Source: Candidatus Nomurabacteria bacterium
GTDB lineage: Bacteria > Patescibacteriota > Minisyncoccia > Phycocordibacterales > UBA9973
Assembly (NCBI GenBank): GCA_016199805.1
Contig: JACQGC010000005.1
Span: 6,019-70,018, forward strand
DNA length: 64,000 bases
Reading direction: 5' to 3'
The notes below the pieces were generated by a model. It had not been told where the DNA came from. It searched no databases and was given only the letters and a program-made list of their open reading frames with translations. Below, piece after piece: positions 10,801 to 19,128 of this stretch. Both the position numbers and the translations under genes were made by a program. The number at the start of each line of letters is the position of its first letter. The stretch's first letter is position 1.

Positions 10801-13800
10801 GAACCAGAGGGGGCATATTGATCATAAATATTTGTCACAGCTGACCCTCCACCAAGCACTACTAAATATTTACCGTTGGGACGTCTAATAGCAAAACCTC
10901 CTGCACCTACTGTAGCAGTAGGCTTATCTCCAGTGGCTGTCTGGTTTATAAATGTTGATGTTGTAGAATCATATAGCTCAGCAGATCCTCCCGCTACTCC
11001 ACCATTTACCACCAAGAATGTTTTATCGTCACGAGCAATAACAAAAGTACCATAACCAGCAAGATTATTTAGAAACTGATGATCATTACCAAATGATCCC
11101 ATATAAAATCCTAAACCTGTGGCACCTCCAACTTGAGTCGTTGGCGTAATACGACCATAAGGAAGTGTGAGTTGATTATTGATTGATTCAACACGAGCAG
11201 ATTCACCGCGAGAAAGCATCGGACCGGAAGGCGTGAGCTGCGCAAATGCCGCACCGAGCGAAACATCCGTCGCTCCGTCAACATAAGAAGTTGTAGAGTT
11301 ATCGTTTAAAGTTGTAACTAAAAATGGAGTATCGGTGACAGCAAGCGCCGCGGCTGTACGATAAATTTTTCTGGCAGTTGTACCGGACGGACCAATTGGA
11401 ATATTTGTCAGAGTAACTTTATCTGTGCCACCAGCGCAAGAGGCAGTAGCACTAGCTCCTAGTTGCGACTCTGCTCCGTTGATAATAAAAGTAACAAACC
11501 AAAAATGGGCTCCAATAGTACAAGTACCTCCGCCCGCTGACTCTGTGGCTGTGGGCGCCACAGGCACTGTCGCCGCTACTGCGGTGTAGCTATCCGGAGT
11601 GCTAAAATCAAATCCTAATTTTTTAAATACGGCAGAATTGTCAATAGAATAATCAAACAAGGTTGGCGTCGTAAAATCATAACGAAGTACTGTCGTATTG
11701 TTCCCCGTCCATGTGCCACGATCATCTGCCAGCTTTTTCGGCATAGCGCGATTGAAGTGTACGGCAACCTTCACGCAATTTGCTCCGGACACAGCACGAA
11801 TATTATCTCCAGGGTTTTGAATTTCTTGCCACGAAGCGGCGGCGAGGGGTCCCGAACAACCGGAAGAATTCACGGCAGTTTTTACAAAAAATTGCATAGC
11901 TTTAAATGCGGTATTGGTGACTCCATTTCTGGCCGCCGCATACACAGCTTCCAGCTGAGCCGTCCAACGCAAAGTAGAACCAGTGCTAATATATGAATTT
12001 GAAATATCTTCCGACGTATACCAAGTCGTAGCCGGAGTGATAGAATATGTGGCACCAAGTGATGCATCAACTGTTGCATCGGAACAAGATGTCGTGGTGT
12101 TATCAGCAATACTACAAGAACCTGAACTTATTAATTTTGGCAATCCTGTATCCCCTGCTGTTGTGCGATAAATCTTGCGCGCTGTTGTAGCCGTACCACC
12201 TGGGCCAATTGGAATACCGGAGAGTGCTACCGTTCCGTTAGCTGCCGTACATGCGACGATGTTTGATTTCTGGCTCAATTCGGATTCCACTCCATTTGTT
12301 ACAAATGTCGTGTAATAAGAATGCAGTCCAGCATCACAGCCCGCACCAGATGAAGGAGTACCAGCAACCGGTGCCACAGGAAATGGATCATACATAGGCA
12401 TATTTGTACTGAAATTATTTGTGGCTTGGCTCGCATTACCGGTGATAATCTGCCATGTTCCATCTGTGCGCATTATTGAATGAGCACCAGCACCAATCGT
12501 AGACGGAGCAGTGCCACCAGTGGAAGTATAGGTCGCAAATGAGTCCGTGTCTTGACTATAAATCCACGCATTGGCCGTAGCCCCTCCACCTAAAATTAAA
12601 AACTTTCCATTTTGAAGCGGGATAGCGTGAGCCCCATCTCCCAAGGCAACCGTCGGGCCGTTGTTGGGACGGCAAGTCATAGTATTGGCTGACGGATCAT
12701 AAACAGCCGAAGAATTTATTCTTGAAAGAATGACATATTTACCATCTTGACGTTTAAGAGCCACCGAACCAAGACTATTTATTCCGCAAGTATTTGTAGC
12801 TTGGTTTCCATCAAGACTTGGCCCAGCGGAAGTAAATGCTCCTATTGTGGCATTTCCTGAATATGGATTATAAATATTTGTATTTGAAGTAGAACCTCCA
12901 TTTACTATGAGCGCACGTCCATCGGGCATGGGAAGTACGAGTGCTCCTGCTGCCCAAACACCTGCCGAAGCAGGTGGACCAAGTCCAAAAGTATTTGCCA
13001 CAGGATCAAATATTTGTGTGGTACCTACAGAAGTAGATGCGCCAATAGTCACGAGATATTTCCCATCTGGACGTTTATATGCTACAGTACCCGCCCCAGT
13101 GATGGCAATAGTCGTTCCAGGCCCAAGAGAACTTGGAACAGTACCCATCGTATCAATGTTAGTTGTAGTAGTTGTTGCACCAGTAGCTGTTCCACAGATA
13201 AGAGTATATTTACCGTCTGGTCTTGGAAGAGCTATTGATCCTACACCAACACCAGCAGTAGTTGCAGTATTACAAATAATTGATTGTGATGCAGTCATTG
13301 CACCTGTAACCGAATCATAAAGAGTGGTTGATGTCGCCCCTCCACCATGTACTATCAAGTATCTACCATTCGGACGCGTAAGAGCCAAGGCACCTGCACC
13401 CACGGCGACTGATGTCGTGGGTTGAGATGATGTCGTTATCGTACCCGTACCAGAGTTTGCCGGAATACCATCCGCCAGCTGTAAGCGTCCGCCAGTATTT
13501 AAAAGATTTGAACCTATTGTTCCCAAAGAAAAATCCGTAGCAGCAGTACGAACGATAGAAGAATCCGAACCATTGACGGTAAGTCCCCCATTTGAACCAA
13601 CGGTGAATCTGTCGGTACCGTTTTGATTTATATCAATAGCGTTGCCGGTGCCGGTGCTGTTGATGGACAGCCCAGCTCCGGTGCCAGCATTGGAGATAGT
13701 CAGTGCGTCAACAGCCCCGGCAGAAAGTTGGTCAACCTTCAGTGCATAGTTGGCAGTGGTTCCACCCGATACCGGATTTTGAAAAATCACCGAACCATCG

Positions 13801-14687
13801 GTGGAGCTTAAGGCAATCGTCACATTACCCCCATCAGTATCATTGTTGTAAGTTGTTTGTAAATCCGAACTGCCGCCGCCTGCCCCGCAACCGGCATCAG
13901 TCGTATTACATAAAACTTTTGTCGTACCGTTTTCATTCACTTTGTATTTATTGGCGCTGGAATCATACCAGATATCTCCAGCCGCTGCGCCGGAGGTGCC
14001 CGCCACGCCAGTCTTTAAGAAATCTCCGGTAGCAATTGTGGTTCTTCCAGAAGCGGAATCTAAGGTCAAACCACCAACGCCACCAGAAGAAACAGTCACT
14101 GCGCCGACTCCAGTGTAGGACAAAGCCGAAAGAAGTCCTGGAATAGTCAAAGCTCCTGAACTAAGAACTGGAATTTGATTACCGGTAGCGGATTGAGATG
14201 GAGTAAACCCCCCCACGGTGCCGGAATTGATAGAATACCCTGAAGAAACCACTTGTGGACGCGGAGTGAGAGATTCAAATGTAACACCGACGCAAGAACT
14301 GGCCACTTGAGCTGCCACTTGCACATCTACATATATAGTATTATTACTTTGAAAATCATAATCAAGCGTGTCTCCCCCGGTTGACACATCCCCAATCCCC
14401 GCGTTAAAAACTCCTTCACGAGTGAGGATGGTCATCGTTGACGGAGCACCCGTGGGCCAAACTTTGGACCCTGCCGTTGATGCATCATATAAAGAAAACT
14501 TATAACAATAGTTTGTGCCACTCGTGCCTCCGAGCAAAGCCCCGCTGGAATTTAAAAGTCTGCCTTGAAAACTAATAATTTTGGGTACCCCTGGCGCAGC
14601 ATAGGCAAAATTTATAAAAAAAGATACGACAAAAAAGCACGTTAAAATCCGTAAAATATTTTTATGTTTAGGATTGTTTTTTCCCAT
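7896..14687 (-). CDS. Giant (2263 aa) secreted surface/adhesin-like protein with kelch-like propeller repeats and a C-terminal autocleavage chaperone-like domain
   Basis: Signal peptide; ISFQGRL N-terminal motif; many R(P/Q)DG(K/R)YL...YDP blade repeats; three ARxIYRT modules; GADLAENY...ALVGRVPV...[10 protein letters not shown]...G.VIG.ALE resembling peptidase G2/intramolecular chaperone domains. Confidence 0.7.
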   Translation of the reverse strand: MGKNNPKHKNILRILTCFFVVSFFINFAYAAPGVPKIISFQGRLLNSSGALLGGTSGTNYCYKFSLYDASTAGSKVWPTGAPSTMTILTREGVFNAGIGDVSTGGDTLDYDFQSNNTIYVDVQVAAQVASSCVGVTFESLTPRPQVVSSGYSINSGTVGGFTPSQSATGNQIPVLSSGALTIPGLLSALSYTGVGAVTVSSGGVGGLTLDSASGRTTIATGDFLKTGVAGTSGAAAGDIWYDSSANKYKVNENGTTKVLCNTTDAGCGAGGGSSDLQTTYNNDTDGGNVTIALSSTDGSVIFQNPVSGGTTANYALKVDQLSAGAVDALTISNAGTGAGLSINSTGTGNAIDINQNGTDRFTVGSNGGLTVNGSDSSIVRTAATDFSLGTIGSNLLNTGGRLQLADGIPANSGTGTITTSSQPTTSVAVGAGALALTRPNGRYLIVHGGGATSTTLYDSVTGAMTASQSIICNTATTAGVGVGSIALPRPDGKYTLICGTATGATTTTTNIDTMGTVPSSLGPGTTIAITGAGTVAYKRPDGKYLVTIGASTSVGTTQIFDPVANTFGLGPPASAGVWAAGALVLPMPDGRALIVNGGSTSNTNIYNPYSGNATIGAFTSAGPSLDGNQATNTCGINSLGSVALKRQDGKYVILSRINSSAVYDPSANTMTCRPNNGPTVALGDGAHAIPLQNGKFLILGGGATANAWIYSQDTDSFATYTSTGGTAPSTIGAGAHSIMRTDGTWQIITGNASQATNNFSTNMPMYDPFPVAPVAGTPSSGAGCDAGLHSYYTTFVTNGVESELSQKSNIVACTAANGTVALSGIPIGPGGTATTARKIYRTTAGDTGLPKLISSGSCSIADNTTTSCSDATVDASLGATYSITPATTWYTSEDISNSYISTGSTLRWTAQLEAVYAAARNGVTNTAFKAMQFFVKTAVNSSGCSGPLAAASWQEIQNPGDNIRAVSGANCVKVAVHFNRAMPKKLADDRGTWTGNNTTVLRYDFTTPTLFDYSIDNSAVFKKLGFDFSTPDSYTAVAATVPVAPTATESAGGGTCTIGAHFWFVTFIINGAESQLGASATASCAGGTDKVTLTNIPIGPSGTTARKIYRTAAALAVTDTPFLVTTLNDNSTTSYVDGATDVSLGAAFAQLTPSGPMLSRGESARVESINNQLTLPYGRITPTTQVGGATGLGFYMGSFGNDHQFLNNLAGYGTFVIARDDKTFLVVNGGVAGGSAELYDSTTSTFINQTATGDKPTATVGAGGFAIRRPNGKYLVVLGGGSAVTNIYDQYAPSGSRFTLGPSIVGTAPSGGAFTILNVDGTYTILPGAGATSTSLYDPVRNTMTAGPLQTAATNLGGFAIPLQGSMNNMYKVIAGSAVGTVSTATMTYNANTKTFFLGAVLGGANGSGGFAFQRQDGYWIIIRGEATANARGTLSGIVNPYNGTEAAGVTFPAMLGRGSHVIPRADGTFLIVGGNLALNNDVLTEIYFPWGGATSAVGAPVGTVAVGPTMFNTAPPAPTSSAPASGGSNLCNTGVHFWRYTYVIGGVESPLSAPSATQSCTLTTLGQESLTAVTIGPTGTTARNIYRTTIAGGVNNTSPYFLVGTIADNVITTFADSVTDPTTGQYLGGGVGDGALSFQRPDGKFITLFGGSSGSKAINIYDAGWYADGQYLSEEMNVPALASNSTLDWQQTPDQFVRMEARVAATQTALGVATWNSISSPGGSIGNAGGEQWAQVEINFRRDFPTFGLNLNGVYNSSSGLTYSYRNISLPTVNSYQITNGMDLMNLQNNGLSILRVTSDGNIMSSTNGGFFSGGADLAENYTSTESLTKGEVVMVDPNNSQGVLRSTGQYQNTLVGVVSTAPGFVAGSKTVDSVPIALVGRVPVRFSTENGPIKAGDYLTSSSIPGYAMRATQAGRVIGTALENMDTNKLEDCPSMGLGQLPNTKCGTLVVFVNLANYSGASIEMLMQEDLDAVTATAQNGLSSPSTADGSSTDSLALSPVVSDGLTSTLSNTPATVESRILDFLIKVRNQKTNMQNLSEIFTDRVAASMEIITPQIFANGLTVDTISSGKDAVMFMSDTVFFGRPYFTTDTAGFAKINKGDQSVDIVFDKEYLEQPIVNTTITLDADPQLENLNTETDASLIQSIKNAQTEATNSLFADNVQYLVTNKSEKGFTITLKDTAKQNISFSWIALAVKSAKTFSSKISSPSLVPFSLPTPEPILPTQDPALTPTPDNVVSGSVPDDTAPADNPASVPVETPSF

Positions 14688-14760
14688 TGGACTGCCTCTA
14701 AATTTTACCTTTTTTAGGCAAAAAACAAAAGGGGATAAACATAAATCGACAAGAAACGAG

Positions 14761-15192
14761 TTACTTTTTCTTTTTTATTGAAGTGCTAGGGATTGAAGTC
14801 GGATTTATAGTCTGAGCTGGGGCAATGGTAGTGGCTTTGTCTCCGACATTTAGAGGCGCAACATTTAAAATTTTATTCAGAGAAACACTGTACAAGATAG
14901 CTTTCTTGGCTTGCGCGTATATCAGCACCTTATCTCCTTTCTCGGCTTGCAAAAAAAATGGCTGATCTTTCAATACTTCAGGGTCGGACACAGTGGCGAC
15001 AGTCGGAGTCTCCCCTTGTGGAAGAACGATTATTTTTGAAACTTTCTCCACGAGGCTAGCTGTCTCTTTTTGAGCCACTGCTTGAGGATTTTGTTTTGCG
15101 ACATAAAGCTGATAAGAAAAATATCCGGCGAGAAACAAAGCCACCACTGCCACAGTGGAAATTATGAGAAATACTTTTTGTATTCTTAGCAT
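14761..15192 (-). CDS. Hypothetical single-pass membrane protein
   Basis: N-terminal TM helix; LP.GE.PTVATV.D...L..QPFF..A..GDKVLIY motif; TTGCAT-17-TATAAT lies 6 nt upstream of the ATG. Confidence 0.75.
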   Translation of the reverse strand: MLRIQKVFLIISTVAVVALFLAGYFSYQLYVAKQNPQAVAQKETASLVEKVSKIIVLPQGETPTVATVSDPEVLKDQPFFLQAEKGDKVLIYAQAKKAILYSVSLNKILNVAPLNVGDKATTIAPAQTINPTSIPSTSIKKKK

Positions 15193-15255
15193 ATCTAGAT
15201 TATAAAACAGTTATTTTTTTAATGCAATGTGTATAAACAAAACTTAAGGAAAAAC

Positions 15256-15283
15256 TTGACAGAAATATAAAAAGTGTTATACT
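15256..15283 (+). promoter_or_regulatory. Near-consensus sigma70 promoter pointing antisense into the DGR RT gene
   Basis: TTGACA (15256-15261), 16-nt spacer ending in TGn, then TATACT (15278-15283). Confidence 0.6.
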
Positions 15284-15302
15284 TTAGCTAACCAATTGGC
15301 TT

Positions 15303-16352
15303 TTATTCACTAACCCACAAATAAAAATAATTTTTTATTTTTATAGAAAATTTGTAAGCATCTGTGTGTGAAAGCACTCCTAGGTATGATGCTAAGGTCG
15401 CTTTGATTTTGTCTTTGCCAACTTCCCCTCTTCGGTATGCTTCAATTTTATCTTCAAATTTTCTGATAATCCTCTTTTTCGTTCTTTTACGAATGAGAGT
15501 ATGGGTAGAAAAGATAATATTCCCCAAAAAATCTATGCCCTTGATATAACTTAATATCTCAACTTTTTCCGGATGTAAATGTAAAAATAAAGAATCTCGT
15601 AAAAATATATTTACGGAGTCTAAAATATGGAGTAAATAATCTCTATCTCTTGAAACAATCACAAAATCGTCAGTGTAGCGCGCATAATAACGAACTTTGA
15701 GTTTGTGTTTAATAAATTGGTCAAATTCATTCATATAGATATTCGCAAAAATCTGCGAGGTGAGATTGCCTATAGGCACACCCTTTCTTCCCAATAAATC
15801 TGACGCAGAACTTGTATAACTCTCGATTATGTTTTCCAGAAGCCAAATTATATTCGGATCTTTAATCTTCTTATTTAAGATTGCCAACAAAATATCGTGG
15901 TCAATTGAATCAAAAAACTTACGCACGTCACACTTGAGCACATAGCATGTCTTTGTATTGTTTCTGCTTTCTTTTCGCAACATACCTCGCAAAGTTTCGA
16001 TCCCCTTATGAGTCCCCTTGCCTATTCGGCAAGAAAACGAGTTGGAAATAAATGTTGGTTCAAATATTGGGTTGAGTATATTAAAAATTGCATGGTGGAG
16101 GACTCGGTCTCTGACGGTGGCTTTATGTATATGCCTCAATTTCGGATCTGATATATAAAATCCTTCGTACTCGCCGTGTTTATAGCTTTTGTTTTTTAAA
16201 TCTCGAGATAGTTTGAAAATATTACTCTCAAGCTCACTCTCAAACATCAATACATCTATTTTCGATCCCTTTCCGTGTTTAAATTCTTTCCACGCTAAAA
16301 ACAAAGCCTCGGGTTGAACAATCTTATTAAATAAATCTTTGTGAATAATCAT
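15303..16352 (-). CDS. DGR reverse transcriptase
   Basis: RDRVLHHA, SFSCRIGKGTH, VLKCDVRKFFDSIDH, GVPIGNLTSQIFANIY (DGR-type SQ), YARYTDDF and IDFLG. No maturase or endonuclease extension. Start assigned to the ATG at 16352 (MIIHK), giving 349 aa. Confidence 0.95.
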   Translation of the reverse strand: MIIHKDLFNKIVQPEALFLAWKEFKHGKGSKIDVLMFESELESNIFKLSRDLKNKSYKHGEYEGFYISDPKLRHIHKATVRDRVLHHAIFNILNPIFEPTFISNSFSCRIGKGTHKGIETLRGMLRKESRNNTKTCYVLKCDVRKFFDSIDHDILLAILNKKIKDPNIIWLLENIIESYTSSASDLLGRKGVPIGNLTSQIFANIYMNEFDQFIKHKLKVRYYARYTDDFVIVSRDRDYLLHILDSVNIFLRDSLFLHLHPEKVEILSYIKGIDFLGNIIFSTHTLIRKRTKKRIIRKFEDKIEAYRRGEVGKDKIKATLASYLGVLSHTDAYKFSIKIKNYFYLWVSE

Positions 16353-16706
16353 ATGAATCAAAATGATGTGCCAGTACTTAATAAATCGTATGAATTGTAT
16401 AAGTTGTTTCACGAATATCGCAAGGTTGTTCCAAAGCAAGACAGATTTACCATATATGAACGAAGTGAGCATGTAATGCTGGGGATTATAGAACTTCTGC
16501 TTGAAGCGAGTTACGGCGGCAAAGAAAGAAAGCTAGTCACCCTAGAAAAAGCCAGCGTCAAACTCAATGTGCTCCGATTCCTGATTCGCATAATGAAAGA
16601 AACAAAAACATTTGATATGAAAAAATACATTTCACTGGAACTACTTGTTGATGAAATCGGACGAATGATTGGAGGATGGATACGTTCGCTCAATCTCAAT
16701 AAATAG
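16353..16706 (+). CDS. avd: Avd-like accessory variability determinant (four-helix bundle)
   Basis: Basic helical protein of about 117 aa with PKQDRF, LRFLIR and EIGRMIGGW motifs typical of bAvd-like proteins; lies between RT and TR. Confidence 0.85.
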   Translation: MNQNDVPVLNKSYELYKLFHEYRKVVPKQDRFTIYERSEHVMLGIIELLLEASYGGKERKLVTLEKASVKLNVLRFLIRIMKETKTFDMKKYISLELLVDEIGRMIGGWIRSLNLNK

Positions 16707-16710
16707 CTTC

Positions 16711-16745
16711 ACACAAAAGGTATCCAAAAAGGATACCTTTTGTGT
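16711..16745. terminator. Perfect 15-bp hairpin, probable bidirectional terminator between avd (+) and TR (-)
   Basis: ACACAAAAGGTATCC-AAAAA-GGATACCTTTTGTGT; a T-tract follows the GGTATCC/GGATACC core on both strands. Confidence 0.75.
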
Positions 16746-16762
16746 TTTACAAAAAGAGACTT

Positions 16763-16891
16763 CGGGAGGAAGCCGGACGCCGAGCCAAAGTTGTCGTTGG
16801 CATTGTCGACCGTGTTCGTGTCAAACTTGAGCTTGCCGTCGTTCCAGTTGAGGTACGGAGCGTGATCGAAGCGAACAGAGGAATCCGGATT
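16763..16891 (-). repeat. DGR template repeat (TR)
   Basis: 129-nt ungapped match to 17300-17428; rich in AAC/GAC codons in the target frame (NPDSSVRFDHAPYLNWNDGKLKFDTNTVDNANDNFGSASGFLP). Confidence 0.97.
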
Positions 16892-17144
16892 CTGCCTTTA
16901 TCCATCTATGGCACCGGAACTTGAAAGCTTTGCAAAGCAAAATGCAATCTTGCTCCTGAATTTAACTTCACAACACTTATTTTTTAAGTAAGTTTGTGTT
17001 GGGTAAAGACAAGCAGTATCTCTTCATAGTAACGCTCTTTTTGCAACCGTAGTCGCAAAAATTCTGGCTAGTTTCTTTGTGAAAAGAAAGAGTTCGGCGA
17101 TGGCAATCCATAAACTGCCATACATGAGCTTAGACTCAAGGTTA

Positions 17145-17173
17145 AGTATATTAAAAGTAAATTTAAAAATCAA
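17145..17173 (-). promoter_or_regulatory. Putative sigma70 promoter for the TR RNA
   Basis: Minus strand TTGATT-17 nt-TATACT. Confidence 0.5.
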
Positions 17174-17184
17174 TATGAAATGAA

Positions 17185-17222
17185 ATCAGGGCTACCCACA
17201 TTGTGTTGTGGATAACCCTGAT
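17185..17222 (-). terminator. Hairpin downstream of the DGR target gene (terminator and/or target-recognition hairpin)
   Basis: ATCAGGGCTACCCACA...TGTGGATAACCCTGAT, a 16-bp stem whose two mismatches become G-U pairs in the minus-strand RNA; about 70 nt after the target stop. Confidence 0.55.
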
Positions 17223-17290
17223 ATTTTTTGCCGCGAACTCAAGAATCAAATGAAAGAGTTCAAAAAATTCAAGTATTCGAAGCGATAGAA

Positions 17291-18184
17291 TCACTTCTGC
17301 GGGAGGAAGCCGGACGCCGAGCCAAAGTAGCCGAAGGCACCGCCGACCGCGCCCGTGCCAAACTTGAGCATGCCGTCGAGCCAGTGGAGGTACGGAGCGA
17401 GACCGAAGCGAACAGAGGAAGCCGGATTATCAAACTCTTCGCCGGGCAAGTCCATGTGAAGTTGCTCCCAGCGAACGAAACGCTCCGGATGAGTGAGTAT
17501 GATAGCACCTCCAATAACGGAAGTGGCGCCGAACTCATTGCGTACGAAGACTTCGTGTGCGCGCCGAGTGGAACGTCCGCGGTGACGCATTCCGAGCTGG
17601 AGAGCCGCGACGAGGATATCGCCATTGCCCTGTTGTTCGGAGAGCGTTTCGATTGCCATTGCCGTCCGCGAATGAACGCGTAAACGGTCCATTTGACTCG
17701 CGCGGTAATTGTAGAACGAGCGCGACGCGGCAATTTTCGAGAGAACGGCGCCAGTTGCAATGGCGCGCGGAAAAGCGAACCAACCCACAAACGGCAACGC
17801 GTCTTCCGGAACGAACGACTTCAGCTCTGGTCGGATTTGTGCATACGCCAGCGCAGAGTCTGGATTGAGGTTAAAAACCTCCGCCAGGTATAAAATCTGG
17901 TCACAGATGGACTTCGGACCCTTGTACTCTGGCGGGTACGTGTAGGAGGATGCGACCTCCTCGCTTGCGTACTGGTTCGGGCTGCCGTATTTACGCACGA
18001 GATCTCGGACGAAGTCGCGAACGTCGTTCATGGCTCCCGTGCCGTTGTCGATGAACCGAACGCCACCCTCGTACGAGTCGAGATATTTTTCGACCACGAG
18101 AGGAACCTGCGCTTGAATCATTCCTGTAATATGCTCACGCTGTTCCGGCGACGCCGGGGCGGCTTCTGACAACATCGTTTTCAT
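17291..18184 (-). CDS. DGR target protein with C-terminal variable region (297 aa, no signal peptide)
   Basis: Last ~43 codons match TR; visibly GC-richer than its flanks; AAGGAG Shine-Dalgarno 6 nt before the ATG. Confidence 0.92.
   Translation of the reverse strand: MKTMLSEAAPASPEQREHITGMIQAQVPLVVEKYLDSYEGGVRFIDNGTGAMNDVRDFVRDLVRKYGSPNQYASEEVASSYTYPPEYKGPKSICDQILYLAEVFNLNPDSALAYAQIRPELKSFVPEDALPFVGWFAFPRAIATGAVLSKIAASRSFYNYRASQMDRLRVHSRTAMAIETLSEQQGNGDILVAALQLGMRHRGRSTRRAHEVFVRNEFGATSVIGGAIILTHPERFVRWEQLHMDLPGEEFDNPASSVRFGLAPYLHWLDGMLKFGTGAVGGAFGYFGSASGFLPQK
17300..17428 (-). repeat. DGR variable repeat (VR)
   Basis: 18 mismatches to TR, all at TR adenines (9 A>G, 6 A>T, 3 A>C by manual alignment). 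Confidence 0.97.
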
Positions 18185-18244
18185 AGTAGTCTCCTTGACC
18201 TTTTCCCCGATTCGCCCGGGTACTGTTTTGCGGCTTATCTTTAT

Positions 18245-18292
18245 GAGACGAGCTTTTTAGGGCTTATTTTTAAGCACCAAAAAGCTCGTCTC
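18245..18292. other. Long hairpin in the 5' leader of the DGR target gene
   Basis: GAGACGAGCTTTTT...AAAAAGCTCGTCTC (14 bp) with an inner GCTTA/TAAGC stem. Confidence 0.7.
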
Positions 18293-18303
18293 TAAGTGAA
18301 TTC

Positions 18304-18315
18304 TTGTTAAAGAAC
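18304..18315 (-). promoter_or_regulatory. boxA-like (Nus factor) motif
   Basis: Minus strand GTTCTTTAACAA, matching the boxA consensus GYTCTTTAACA, about 15 nt after the predicted TSS. Confidence 0.45.
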
Positions 18316-18334
18316 CTTAAAAATACTGTTGTAT

Positions 18335-18364
18335 AGTATAACATAAAAAACAGCCACGTGTCAA
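18335..18364 (-). promoter_or_regulatory. sigma70 promoter of the DGR target gene
   Basis: Minus strand TTGACA, 18-nt spacer ending in TGn, then TATACT. Confidence 0.65.
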
Positions 18365-18387
18365 TGTTTTTTGGATATTGTGGCCAA

Positions 18388-19098
18388 TTATTGTTTTTTT
18401 GTATTCCCTGCTGGAGTTTTAACTGCCGGAGTTGGATTTGCCGCACTTTGGAGCTTGAAGGAATCTTTGATACGGGTTTCTAGACCCTCCACGCTTTGAA
18501 AACCGGTCAAGACTTCGTCGTCTATGACCATGGCCGGCAGAGCCGTGTCTTTGATTTTGTATATTTGGAGCATAGATTTGACAGCTGAAAGTTCGGTGCT
18601 GTAATCAAAAGAGTATACCCGCAGTTCCGGATATTCTGTGCGCAAAGTGGAAAGCACCAGGCTCTCTTGCTCACACATGCTGCAATTTGCCGCTGTGGTA
18701 TAGAAATACAGAATAAAGGCGGATTTTATTCCGCAACGCACAGAAATCTGCTTCGCCAAGAGATAATCTTTAATCTGTAGTAAAGAGTAATATTTTTGCA
18801 AATAAGCCACTTCATCGGTCGAGCCCAGGTTTTTTTGGCTCCACTCCAGCTTACTGCCAAGTTCCCCCAACTCCGGAGAATATATCGAGTTTGAAATATT
18901 TTTACAAGAAAGTTCTGAAAGCAAAGAAAACTGGGTTTCTGAAGACAAAATATCGATTGATATTTTGTCTTGAATACTTTTCAGCTGATTGATTTTTTGA
19001 TTGCCGAAATAGTTACTCAAATAAATGGCCGTAAAAAAAAGACCCATCGTAATCAACAAAACAATTAAATATTTTTTCCAATCAAAAGTGTCACTCAT
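18388..19098 (-). CDS. Membrane-anchored protein with C-terminal thioredoxin-like fold
   Basis: N-terminal TM helix; ILYFY...CSMC...LRVYSFD...LPAMVI. Confidence 0.65.
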   Translation of the reverse strand: MSDTFDWKKYLIVLLITMGLFFTAIYLSNYFGNQKINQLKSIQDKISIDILSSETQFSLLSELSCKNISNSIYSPELGELGSKLEWSQKNLGSTDEVAYLQKYYSLLQIKDYLLAKQISVRCGIKSAFILYFYTTAANCSMCEQESLVLSTLRTEYPELRVYSFDYSTELSAVKSMLQIYKIKDTALPAMVIDDEVLTGFQSVEGLETRIKDSFKLQSAANPTPAVKTPAGNTKKQ

Positions 19099-19128
19099 GA
19101 ATTTTATTTATAACTTTATAACTAATAA

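Larger units (their letters stand above)
16711..17138 (-). ncRNA. Predicted stand-alone DGR template RNA (about 430 nt) containing TR
   Basis: Bounded by the promoter at 17145-17173 and the hairpin at 16711-16745; no credible ORF on this strand; boundaries are inferred. Confidence 0.45.
15303..18364. mobile_element. Diversity-generating retroelement cassette (target-VR, TR, inverted avd, RT)
   Basis: RT, Avd-like four-helix bundle and a 129-nt TR/VR pair differing only at TR adenines. Confidence 0.97.

Noticed and set aside
15303-16472. RT as a group II intron, retron or CRISPR-associated RT; longer 389-aa ORF start
   Set aside because: The SQ motif, lack of maturase or endonuclease domains, adjacent Avd and TR/VR pair identify a DGR. 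The extra 40 N-terminal codons start at a non-ATG codon and are simply the antisense of avd.
16742-16924. 60-aa + strand ORF similar to part of ORF 17228-17683
   Set aside because: Both are antisense readings of TR and VR; their similarity is explained by the repeat.
17228-17945. Multiple overlapping ORFs around the DGR target
   Set aside because: Shadow ORFs of a GC-rich gene. Only 17291-18184 has an SD, a promoter and the frame in which TR adenines fall in AAC/GAC codons.
1-18400. tRNA-anchored integrative element with an attR repeat
   Set aside because: I found no duplicate of the tRNA 3' end and no integrase in the window.
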